64,000 nt of DNA from Candidatus Pacearchaeota archaeon. Lineage in GTDB: Archaea > Nanobdellota > Nanobdellia > Pacearchaeales > GW2011-AR1. How positions within the stretch are numbered: position 1 is the stretch's first letter; each line of letters begins with the position of its first letter. Positions 8,504 to 17,800 of the stretch are shown here, in pieces. A program made the position numbers and the translations under genes. The stretch lies in assembly GCA_017609285.1 (NCBI GenBank), contig JAFCEE010000001.1, positions 18,475 through 82,474 of the forward strand, given 5' to 3'. Below the pieces are notes generated by a model, which was not told the DNA's origin, did not search any database, and was given only the letters and a program-made list of their open reading frames with translations.

Positions 8504-10279
8504 TTATTTGCTCATCTCTCTTAATTTCTTTAAAGTTTCTTCTAATTCTTGGTCTGTTTTTGTTCTTGCTGCAGGTCTTGTTGTTACCCTTGCTCCTGCT
8601 GCTGTTCTTGGTGGCATTCTTGTGGGAAACATTCTTCTTAAACCTGCTGGAGGAGCTGAAGGTGGAAATTTTGGATAAGTTTTTGTTACAGGTCCTTTTT
8701 TAAATCCGCCCTTAAATTTAAATAACAAAACTCTTAATTTGTTTCTGAATATTATTCCTAAAACAACTAATATGATTAAAATTATAAGGATATAAATCCA
8801 CCAATAGCTTTTTTCTGGTTTTGGTTTTGGTCTGCAACAAACTTTTCCTATAGGACAACCAAGTGTTGTTTCTTCTTCCTCTTCCAAACATTCTGATCTG
8901 CAATAATAATTAGAATATTCTTCACACTCAGGAGTTTCTGAAATACAACTGCCAAGACAACACTCATCTGTGTCCAGAGCAGAAACTGTTGCTTCATCAC
9001 AAATATAATCTTCTCCACACACCTCTCCTCCCAATTCCTCGCAAGTTTTTTCTACTGCCGGAGTGTCGCAACATACTTTTAAACCAGAACAATAGAAATT
9101 TGGCAAAACATTTCCTCCTGCTTCATCACACTCTCCTTGGGTAATACAATAATAATTATAGTCTTCACAATAATTTTCAGTTGGCAGAGTCACAATTGCT
9201 GCTTCTTTTGGCCAGCCAGCCCATAAGAGGAAGGCTGTATCTCTTATATTGCCATTATTCCAGCAGCCATCATTTCCTTGTGTATTTTCTAACCAGTCTT
9301 TAGCAAGAGATTCGGATTCAGAACTGGATAAGGCAAGTAAAGCAAGGGCAGTGTCATAATATTTTCCTTTTTCTCCTAAATCCCAATAGCCCTGTGTTGA
9401 TTGTGAAAGTAGAATCTCGTTTAAATATTCTTCAAAATTTGTGGATATATATAGGAAAGAGGAAGGAAAGTATTTTTCATTATATTCAGATAATGCAACT
9501 AGATAAGGTATAAATTCAGATATGTCTTTACCTACAGATTGTAATGCTAAAACTGCCCAAAGAGACCCTTCATAATCACAAGAAGTTACGCCAAAACAAT
9601 AGGAGCTGATTTTATGTTCTGTCTGTCCTCCTGCACTTGCAGATTGAACATCAGAAGAAATATACCATACTTGGCTTTGAGATTTTTTATATATCAGAGT
9701 AGAGATAAAGTCCCTATCACAAGAAATTGTAAAATTTTTATTTAAACATTCAGGTTTTACTTTTAACCAATAGTTATCATAAGCAAGAGAAAAACAATTT
9801 CCAAGATTTCCAGATATTTTTTTATCTTCAGATATAGAAATTGTTTTTGAAGCTGTATCATAACTTAAAGTACAGGTTCCTTGTCCAGTCATATCAATTT
9901 CTAAATACCATTCTAATTCAGAAGGATTTCTTTTCTTACTCAAAAGCCATTCTTCCTCATCAGTTGTATCTGCTCCAATATTATGTAAAGCTATTATTGC
10001 AAGAGAAGTTTCTTTAATGCTCCCAAAAGAATTATCTGTTTTTTGTTTGTCTAATAAGGTAGACTTACAATCTTTTTGAATCCCTGAATCATAAGCCATT
10101 GCAAGTAAAGAAAAGGCTAATTGCTCAACATTGCCATTTCCACAGTTGTTCCCTAATTTGTTTTTCAGACAAGAATATGCTTTTTCTTCTATTGTCTGTT
10201 CGGTCTGGTTCTGATTTTGTGCTGAGACAATTGTCAAAGCTAGCAATAAGGTCAGGAACAACACACCAATCTTTTTCAT
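8504..10279 (-). CDS. secreted surface protein with prenyltransferase/terpenoid-cyclase-like alpha-toroid repeats, Cys modules and a TM anchor
   Basis: 591 aa. Signal peptide; repeats such as SLAIIALHNIG, SLWAVLALQSVG, DTALALLALSS and RDTAFLLWAGW. Three Cys-rich units including CEELGGEVC...CCLGSC; TM helix; Pro/Arg/Ala-rich cytoplasmic tail. Confidence 0.55.
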   Translation of the reverse strand: MKKIGVLFLTLLLALTIVSAQNQNQTEQTIEEKAYSCLKNKLGNNCGNGNVEQLAFSLLAMAYDSGIQKDCKSTLLDKQKTDNSFGSIKETSLAIIALHNIGADTTDEEEWLLSKKRNPSELEWYLEIDMTGQGTCTLSYDTASKTISISEDKKISGNLGNCFSLAYDNYWLKVKPECLNKNFTISCDRDFISTLIYKKSQSQVWYISSDVQSASAGGQTEHKISSYCFGVTSCDYEGSLWAVLALQSVGKDISEFIPYLVALSEYNEKYFPSSFLYISTNFEEYLNEILLSQSTQGYWDLGEKGKYYDTALALLALSSSESESLAKDWLENTQGNDGCWNNGNIRDTAFLLWAGWPKEAAIVTLPTENYCEDYNYYCITQGECDEAGGNVLPNFYCSGLKVCCDTPAVEKTCEELGGEVCGEDYICDEATVSALDTDECCLGSCISETPECEEYSNYYCRSECLEEEEETTLGCPIGKVCCRPKPKPEKSYWWIYILIILIILVVLGIIFRNKLRVLLFKFKGGFKKGPVTKTYPKFPPSAPPAGLRRMFPTRMPPRTAAGARVTTRPAARTKTDQELEETLKKLREMSK

Positions 10280-10490
10280 ATTTGAATAAGAAAAAAGGCA
10301 TTTAAATTCTTTTCGTATTTAAAAAAATTTAAATTAATTGGGAAGAAATTACATTTTTTGTGTATTTTGTTATCAGTACAAAGCTAAAAAACAAAGCTGA
10401 TTTAGTAGAATATAAAGAAAGTTTTGGACCTAGTAAATTTTTCTTCTAGAGTTTATGTTAACTTAGAGTCTTTACTGGCATTTTGTTACA

Positions 10491-11276
10491 TCATATTTCA
10501 AAACACTCACCCCTAAGCCTACAAGATTTACATTTATTAAAGTTAGATGGAAAAGGAGCATTTTTCATGTTGCGGATTTTGTCAGCTATTTCTAAAACTT
10601 TATTTTTTAATTCTTTGGTTATAAAAATTTCTTCTTCCTTTCTTTTTGTTTCTATTATTCCCCATTCTATTTTTTTTCCAAACTCTTCTTCTAAAAGTAA
10701 AGAATAAGCTGCTAATTGTATTTTATCAGACTCGTATATCTCACTTCGAGTTTTAATTTCATATGGCAAGATTTTATCAGAAACCATAATTCTGTCTACC
10801 CTTCCTTTTAGCCTTAACCTCTCTGAAATAATCTGAAATTCTGTTAAATATTTTGGTTTTAAATTTCTCCATAATTCCTTGCCTTTAAAACCCAAGTTTA
10901 AAGCGTTCTTAATTGAATCTGCTCTTATTAAAAGGTCTTTTTTTAGAAAACCAAGAGTTTGAGTTTCTAGAGTTAAAAGTTCTATTTTAAAAATCTTAAA
11001 GAGGTTCTCATAATTTCTTGAAATCTCTCTTATTATCTCATTAAGATAATTACGATAAGAGATTAGTATTTGTTCTTTAGTTATATTTTCTTTTATATTA
11101 GAAACTATCATGCTCTCGTTTTTGTTAAAAATATCAAAAACCTTATGTTTAAGAAAGCCAAGAATCATTGCTTTGGTAGGTGGCTCTTTAATTTTTTTAA
11201 CTCTCTTCAAGAAAATTTTTCTTGGGCAGTATAGATATTCTGCTATTTCAGTTACGTTAATTATTTCTTTGCTCAT
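10491..11276 (-). CDS. Cas4-family PD-(D/E)xK exonuclease (DUF83), stand-alone
   Basis: 261 aa. N-terminal EYLYCPRKIFL, QLAAYSLLL (QxxxY motif), D...EIK catalytic residues, C-terminal CKSCRLRGEC (CxxCx5C Fe-S ligands). No cas1/cas2 or CRISPR repeats nearby. Confidence 0.7.
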   Translation of the reverse strand: MSKEIINVTEIAEYLYCPRKIFLKRVKKIKEPPTKAMILGFLKHKVFDIFNKNESMIVSNIKENITKEQILISYRNYLNEIIREISRNYENLFKIFKIELLTLETQTLGFLKKDLLIRADSIKNALNLGFKGKELWRNLKPKYLTEFQIISERLRLKGRVDRIMVSDKILPYEIKTRSEIYESDKIQLAAYSLLLEEEFGKKIEWGIIETKRKEEEIFITKELKNKVLEIADKIRNMKNAPFPSNFNKCKSCRLRGECFEI

Positions 11277-11806
11277 TTTAATTCTTGTCTGGCTTTTTCT
11301 AGTTTATCTTTGACTAAAGATTTAACTTTTTCTGACAGTTTTGTATACGACCTTTCTAGTTTTGCTAGAACCTCTTTCTTATTTTTATATACATTTCTAA
11401 ATAAACCATCAATATCATCAAAATGGGCTATAGCATCTGCGTCTGCTAAAATTTGAGCTTCTTTTGTCTTTCTTTTTCTATTTTGACTTCCTCTGTGTGA
11501 GAGAATGCATTGTTTAATTTGTTCTATTTTTTCTTCAGGGTAATTTAACTTTGTTAGCAATTCTTCTGCAATTTTTGAGCTAGAAATATGATGATTTTTA
11601 TAATCTCCCCTTATGCTTCCTATATCATGTAACCATGCTGAAATTTCTGCTATTTCCTTATCTGCATTTTCTTTTTCAGCTAATTGAATGGCATATTTTA
11701 CAACAGGAATAAAATGTTTTTCGTAAGACTCTTTATAATGAGCTTCTGGTTTTTCAAATTCTTCTTTTACAAATTCCTTAACTTTTTCTATTATTTCTTT
11801 GCTCAT
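11273..11806 (-). CDS. HD-domain phosphohydrolase
   Basis: 177 aa. H...HD motif (SAWLHDIGS), downstream conserved His/Asp (ILSHRG, ADADAIAHFDD). 4-nt overlaps with both neighbouring genes. Confidence 0.7.
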   Translation of the reverse strand: MSKEIIEKVKEFVKEEFEKPEAHYKESYEKHFIPVVKYAIQLAEKENADKEIAEISAWLHDIGSIRGDYKNHHISSSKIAEELLTKLNYPEEKIEQIKQCILSHRGSQNRKRKTKEAQILADADAIAHFDDIDGLFRNVYKNKKEVLAKLERSYTKLSEKVKSLVKDKLEKARQELK

Positions 11807-13038
11807 TTCTTAAATCTTGACTTCCTTACTGTGTAATTTACAGGATTTTTAATTTTCTCGCAAAGAGGGTCTGGCTCGCATACTCCAATGTCTTTATAAT
11901 AGGTTTTGTCGCAATTTGGAGGCAAAACTTTTTTTTGCTTTTTATGCCATGTTATCTGGCTTTGAATATAACCCTGTCTTAAAGGTTTTTCATTTTTTTT
12001 GTTCCATTCTTTTATTCTGTTTTCAATTTCATCAAAATTTAAACCTAAAGACTTGAAATAGTTAAGCAAAATAAATAAAGCTCTTTTTTTACCATCTTTT
12101 AAACCTTTCAAGATATTTGATATGCAAGGAGGCATAATTATTTTACTTTTATCTATTTTGATTTCTTCATATACTCTTTTCTTATCTGGTTCTTTTTTCT
12201 TTTCTCTTGATTCATACCAATCTAAGGCTGAGATGAGTAACTCGCGAGCTTCTTCTTTCTCTGCCTCAGGATAAAAGTTTTTTATTTTAACTCTTAAAGG
12301 GTCAGCTAATTTAGGCTGGAAATTTTCTATTTCTTCCTCATCAAGAACTATACTGGCTAGACAGGTTTTTTCATGTAAAGAATAGGGTGCACGAAAAAGA
12401 TGTCTGGATGAGACAAGTATAATGTCAGGTGCAACCTCCTTAGGAGCTTCAAAGTCTTTAATATAATTTTTCCTTTCGCCAGATAAAGCAGTTATTTCCT
12501 CAATTAGTTTTGATTTTATCATTTCTGTCAAATAGATAGAGATAATTCTAGGCCATTCAGGAAACATATCTTTTGTTTTTTCTTCCGTTAGAGAAGAAGG
12601 AAAGGCTTTCCATGGTACTATAATATGGAATCCTTTTCCTCCACTGAACTTCGCTCCGAAATTTTTAATGCCATGAAATTTTAAAGCCTCAATAATTAAA
12701 GAGCAAGCTATCTTGCTATAATCAAGATATTTTGAATCAATGTCTATCAATAAATCCCAGCCATCTCTCAGGTTGTTTAAATCTTCTTCTTTTAAATCTG
12801 TAGAAAGTTCAAGGGGATTAGACCATATTTCTTCTGAACAGTGGAAAGAAGTAGCTCCTTTTTTTACTTGTTGTGCGATGTCAGAAGGGTATTGTAAAGT
12901 ATCTGGCCTTTTACCAAAGTTTTCTATATAACGCGGTATGGTCTCTCTCTTTTGACAAAATTTAAAAATAGCTTCTTGCACATCTTTTCTAGAGTAATAT
13001 GTCCTTGCTATTTTTTTTACCCTCTTTTCCTTCTCCAT
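11803..13038 (-). CDS. priS: DNA primase, catalytic small subunit PriS fused to a PriL-like Fe-S C-terminal domain
   Basis: 411 aa. AEP motifs: LLIDIDSKY (DxD), FSGGKGFHIIV (SGxxGxH), RHLFRAPYSLH (R..PxSxH). C-terminal about 100 aa carries four Cys (C..C..C..C) like the PriL CTD. The compact PriS-PriL fusion is known from Nanoarchaeum-type DPANN archaea. Confidence 0.75.
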   Translation of the reverse strand: MEKEKRVKKIARTYYSRKDVQEAIFKFCQKRETIPRYIENFGKRPDTLQYPSDIAQQVKKGATSFHCSEEIWSNPLELSTDLKEEDLNNLRDGWDLLIDIDSKYLDYSKIACSLIIEALKFHGIKNFGAKFSGGKGFHIIVPWKAFPSSLTEEKTKDMFPEWPRIISIYLTEMIKSKLIEEITALSGERKNYIKDFEAPKEVAPDIILVSSRHLFRAPYSLHEKTCLASIVLDEEEIENFQPKLADPLRVKIKNFYPEAEKEEARELLISALDWYESREKKKEPDKKRVYEEIKIDKSKIIMPPCISNILKGLKDGKKRALFILLNYFKSLGLNFDEIENRIKEWNKKNEKPLRQGYIQSQITWHKKQKKVLPPNCDKTYYKDIGVCEPDPLCEKIKNPVNYTVRKSRFKK

Positions 13039-13122
13039 ATTCTTTTTTGCATAAGAGATTTTAAATAATTAGTGTTACTGTATCACAATAATGCTTTTAA
13101 ATTTATACTTTATAGTATTAAG

Positions 13123-13851
13123 ATGTTGCTGAAATTAGATAGTCCTAAATTGTTGAGTGATGTTGTTGGCATAATATCTGAGTTAGTTACTGAGGTCAGG
13201 ATTAAAGTTAACCCTAATGGCCTGAGTGTAATAGCTATAGATCCTGCTAATGTTGCGTTAGTTTCTTTTTTGCTCCCTAAAACTGCGTTCTCTAATTTTG
13301 AAGTAAACAAAGAAGAGATTTTAGGAATAAATTTAGATTCTTTAAAAAATGTTTTGAGGAGGAGTAGTATTGGTAGCAATTTAGTTTTACAGACACAGGA
13401 CACTAACTTAAGGATAGAGATTCATGATAAGATAAAAAGAGTCTTTAACTTAGCTTTAATTAATATAGAACAAGAAGAAAAGCAAATGCCTTCTCTTGAA
13501 TTTACTTGTCAAATAGAGATGCCTTCTCTTGATTTATCTGAAGCAATAGAGGACTGTAGTGTGGTGGCTGACTCGTGCAGTTTTTCTGTACAAGAAGGAA
13601 AATTTATTATTGAAGCTAAGGGTTTACATTCTACAAAATCAGAATTTTCAGGAGATGAGGCCAAGATTTCTGGTGAAAAAGGTAAAGGGAAATATTCTTT
13701 GGAATATTTACAAAAGTTCATTAAAGCTTGTAAATTAACAGATAAAGCTATAATCAATTTTGCAGAGGATTATCCTTTAAAGCTAGAGTTTCCAGGGGGA
13801 AATTTTAATTTAGCTTTTGTTTTGGCTCCTAGAGTAGAAACTGAAGATTAA
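13123..13851 (+). CDS. pcn: DNA polymerase sliding clamp PCNA
   Basis: 243 aa from the internal ATG (the ORF track begins at an upstream GTG at 13072). Three-domain PCNA pattern (LKLDSPKLLSDVVGIISELVTEVRIKVNPNGLSV...). Divergent from the primase operon. Confidence 0.8.
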   Translation: MLLKLDSPKLLSDVVGIISELVTEVRIKVNPNGLSVIAIDPANVALVSFLLPKTAFSNFEVNKEEILGINLDSLKNVLRRSSIGSNLVLQTQDTNLRIEIHDKIKRVFNLALINIEQEEKQMPSLEFTCQIEMPSLDLSEAIEDCSVVADSCSFSVQEGKFIIEAKGLHSTKSEFSGDEAKISGEKGKGKYSLEYLQKFIKACKLTDKAIINFAEDYPLKLEFPGGNFNLAFVLAPRVETED

Positions 13852-13943
13852 GTTCTTAGAAAAGTTTAAAAATGTGTATTCCTATTGATATTATTAATAA
13901 TAAACATAATTGATTACATAATAATATAGGCAGGTATATACTT

Positions 13944-14129
13944 ATGAATATCCATAAAAAGAGGATTTTGAATTTTATTAAAAGGAAGAAAGTTGTTACT
14001 AGCTCTGAAGTAGCTAAGCATTTAAAAATTTCTTGGAATACTGCTGAAAAATATTTGTTAGAGTTGATTATAGATGGAAAAGTGGATAAAATTAAGAAGG
14101 AGAGGGTTAATTTGTGGATGTTAAAATGA
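13944..14129 (+). CDS. small winged-helix DNA-binding protein (putative regulator of the downstream pilin/adhesin locus)
   Basis: 61 aa: RILNFIKRKKVVTSSEVAKHLKISWNTAEKYLLELIIDGKV looks like a wHTH fold. ATGA overlap with the next gene. Confidence 0.5.
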   Translation: MNIHKKRILNFIKRKKVVTSSEVAKHLKISWNTAEKYLLELIIDGKVDKIKKERVNLWMLK

Positions 14130-14893
14130 AAAGAAAAGGCCAAGTAACTGTTTTTATTATAGTGGCAGTAATGATAGTAGCGGCTATTGTTCTTTTTTTT
14201 CTTTTAAGGGGAAGGCAGGTAATAGAGATTTTTAAACCAACAATGTTAGAACCTCAAGGATATATAGAAAAATGCGTAAGAGATGCTACAAGCGAGGCTA
14301 TATCTATAATGTTGCCCCAGGGAGGTTATATAACTCCTACAAACTACAAACTTTATGAGAATAATAAAGTAGCTTATTTATGTTATAATGAAAATTATTA
14401 TGAATCTTGTATAAATCAGGAGCCAGTTTATATTAAACATTTAGAAAGTGAAATTAAAAAATATATTTCTCCTAAGGTAGCTGATTGTGTTTATAGTTTA
14501 TCTGAGGAATTAAAAGATAGGGGCTATGTTGTTAATTATGATGATGCTGATATTGATGTTGATGTAGTCCCTGGAAAAGTTAAAGTTGAGGTTAATAATG
14601 ACTTTGAGATGAGCAAAAATGAAGAACATAAAAAATATGATAGTTTTAAAGTTTTAAAAGTTTCTCCTTTATTTGAATTAGCTAATGTTGCTAAAGAAAT
14701 TGTGAATCAGGAAGCAAAATATTGTAATTTTGAATATGTTGGTTTTATGTTGTTTTATCCTAGATATGATATTGATAAGAAAAGTGTTGGGGCTGGAGAT
14801 ACTGCTTCAAAAATTTATATTATTGGAGATAGAATTACTAATAAAAAACTTTACATAGCTGTAAGAAGTTGTGCAATTCCACCAGGATTTTAA
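14126..14893 (+). CDS. class-III signal peptide (type IV pilin-like) protein, locus copy 1
   Basis: N-terminus MKRKGQ|VTVFIIVAVMIVAAIVLFFLL fits the archaeal prepilin peptidase (PibD/FlaK) site [KR]G[QA] followed by a hydrophobic stretch. 255 aa. The ORF track starts 12 nt earlier at 14114. Confidence 0.55.
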   Translation: MKRKGQVTVFIIVAVMIVAAIVLFFLLRGRQVIEIFKPTMLEPQGYIEKCVRDATSEAISIMLPQGGYITPTNYKLYENNKVAYLCYNENYYESCINQEPVYIKHLESEIKKYISPKVADCVYSLSEELKDRGYVVNYDDADIDVDVVPGKVKVEVNNDFEMSKNEEHKKYDSFKVLKVSPLFELANVAKEIVNQEAKYCNFEYVGFMLFYPRYDIDKKSVGAGDTASKIYIIGDRITNKKLYIAVRSCAIPPGF

Positions 14894-14894
14894 A

Positions 14895-17800
14895 ATGAAA
14901 AAAGGAAAAATACTAAGCAAAAAAGAAGGGATAAGTTATTTAGAAATTTTAATCTTAATTATCTATACTTTTGCTTTTTCATATATTGTTTATCAGCCAA
15001 TGAAAAGTGTTTCTGCTCAAGAAAGTGATATAGTTTTATGGACTTGTAAAGAAACTAAAGATGAGTATGGAAGCAAGAAATGCCAGGAATATTTAAGTTC
15101 TGAGTGTAATGAGAAATGCAAGAGTGATTGTTTTCCTGGAACTCGTGATGAGTTTTCTGAATGTCAATTAGGATGTTGTATTGATTCTATTGGCAAATGT
15201 ATGAGCAAGGTTCCAAAAGCTGAATGTATAGATAAGGGAGGGAAATGGGAAAATGATGCAAATTGTAATCCTGGAAAAATTCCTCAATGTAAATTAGGTT
15301 GTTGTGTTTTAAATAATAATGTTAAGCCTTTAGTTACTGAAAAAGAATGTAGGTATTATACTTCTGAAGCCGGAATTAATCTTGATTCTGGTTTTGATTT
15401 TAGGCAGGGAATGAATGAGCCAGAATGTCTTGCACTTGCTTTAACTCAAGCTAAAGGTGCTTGTGTTATTGGGGAAAGTTGTAGATTTGTTAGTGAACAA
15501 GAGTGTTATTCATTAACTAATAGTTTAGCTAATTTTCATAAAGATTGGTTATGTACTCATCCTGAATTAAATAATAGTTGTAACATGACTGAAGAAACAA
15601 CTTGTGTAGATGGGAGAGATGGTGTCTATTTTGTAGATTCTTGTGGCAATATTGCTAATATTTATGATGCAAGTAAAGTAAATGATGTTAATTATTGGAA
15701 AGAAATTATTCCTGTTTCTGAATCTTGTGGTAGTAATGATGAAAAGGGCAATGCTAATTCTAAAACATGTGGTAATTGCAATAGGTTTTTAGGAAGTTCA
15801 TGTAGTCTTGCTTCAGAAACAAGTCCAGAATATGGAAATTATATTTGTAAACCCTTAGATTGTCCTAATGCTCCTGATACTAAAGGAACCAAAGATAGGA
15901 AAAATGGAGAAAGTTGGTGTGTTTATGAGTCAGTTATTGGAGAAGGTAGAGATGTTGTAGGAAGTAGACATTATAGATATTCTTGTGTGGAAGGAGAAGT
16001 TAAAATAGAGCCCTGTGCTGATTTTAGAAATGAGATTTGTGTTGAATCTGAAGTTGGAATTGCCGAGGGAGGAAGTGAGACTTTTTCTACTGCAAGTTGT
16101 AGATTAAATAGATGGCAGGAATGTTTGAATTATAATAATGCTGAGGGAAATACAAGAAAAGAGAAAACTGAGAATATGAAAGCTGCCTGTTCTAAAAATG
16201 AAGATTGTTTTGTTAAGGAAATAAAAATTGATTCAAAATTTAGTTTTAGTGTTTGCGTTCCTAATTATCCTCCTGGTTTTGATTTATCTGGAGAAAGCAA
16301 TGTGGGTAGTGACAAGGTAGCTGAGGAAATTTGCAATATGGCTGATAATAAGTGTACTGTAGTTTATGTTAAAGATTGGAAAGGTAGTTGGGATTGTAAA
16401 GTTAATTGTAATTGTGAGAAACCTGTTTTTACTAATCAAATGAATGAGTTTTGTTCAAGTTTAGGAGATTGTGGAGGTTATGTTAATGTTGAAGGAGAAT
16501 TTACTGATGAGGGTTATGAAGTTAAAGGTAAGGCTCCTAAAAAACTTTCAAGCAAGATTTTAAATGAAATTTTAAGTTATTCTAGTCCAGATAATAATCA
16601 GGCTGCTGAGCCCGGAGATATGTCTAAATATTATGGAAATTTAAGTATTTTGTCTAAAGGTGTTGGAAATGTTGATTATGATAATAAGGCTGATTTGGGG
16701 TGGGTTGGTTATGTGGCTGGTGCTGCTGGAACTGTTTATGCTGTTGCAGCAGCTTATGTTTTTATCGAAGGAGTAGATATTTCGCTAGGAGCATTTTTAG
16801 AGGAAGCTCCCTATGCTTTTGGAGACCTTTTTGGTTCTGCAGCACCAATTATGCGGGCATTTGCCAGAGTAGCAATTGGAGCAGCAATTGGAGCAGTAGT
16901 AGGACAATTAGTAGGAAAGGCAATTGGAGCTGAAGGAGAAGGAGCAGCTGCTATAGCTTATGCAGGAGCTGTGGGTGGGATATTTATTGGAATAGCTTGG
17001 GAAAGTGCTAGACTTACTTGGGAATTTGGACTTATCGGAGTTATTATTTTTGTAGTAGTATTACTCTGGACATGGATTACTGGATGGGGAGATGTTAGGG
17101 AAAGAGTAGTAAGTTTTAATTGTGAACCATGGCAGCCACCAGTTGGAGGAAGTGATTGTGAAAAATGCAATAAAGATGAGCAAGGATGTAGTAAGTATAA
17201 ATGTGAAAGTTTAGGAACAGCTTGTAGATTTTTAAATGAAGGGACAACAGAAGAAACATGCATAGCAAGTGAAAATGATAAAACTCCCCCAGAAATAAGC
17301 CAGTGGAATGAGATTTTAAGTGATGGATATAAGTATGAAAAAACAAGTGATGGGATAAAAATAAGGCAAAATAATGGAGAATGTATACCGGAGTTTAGCC
17401 AGGTAAATTTTGGGTTAATAACTAATGAAAGAGCTCAATGCAAATATGAGTTAGAAGCAAGTGCAAATTATGATTTAATGGAAAATTATTTTGGAGAAAG
17501 CAATCTTTACTTGATAAATCATTCAATGAGTTTAAGCATGCCTTCAGTAGATTCAATAGTTAATCAGTATAATGTAACAAAGGAATTTGTAGAAGAAAAA
17601 TATGGGGATTTTAAGCTTTATGTAAGATGTAGAGATGACTGGAATAATTTTAATATAAAAGAATATGTAATTGATTTATGTGTAAAGCCAGGACCAGACA
17701 TCACCCCCCCTATAATACAAAAAATAGTTCCTGAAACTGAAAGTTATCTTGCTTATAATGAAACTGAAAAAAATATAAAAGTTTATACTAATGAACCATC

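Noticed and set aside
16700-17346. Three ORFs (77, 101 and 76 aa) inside the Gly/Ala-rich TM-cluster region of the giant gene
   Set aside because: They lie within, or antisense to, the continuous 1237-aa reading frame. They are generated by the locally GC-rich, stop-poor sequence encoding Gly/Ala repeats.
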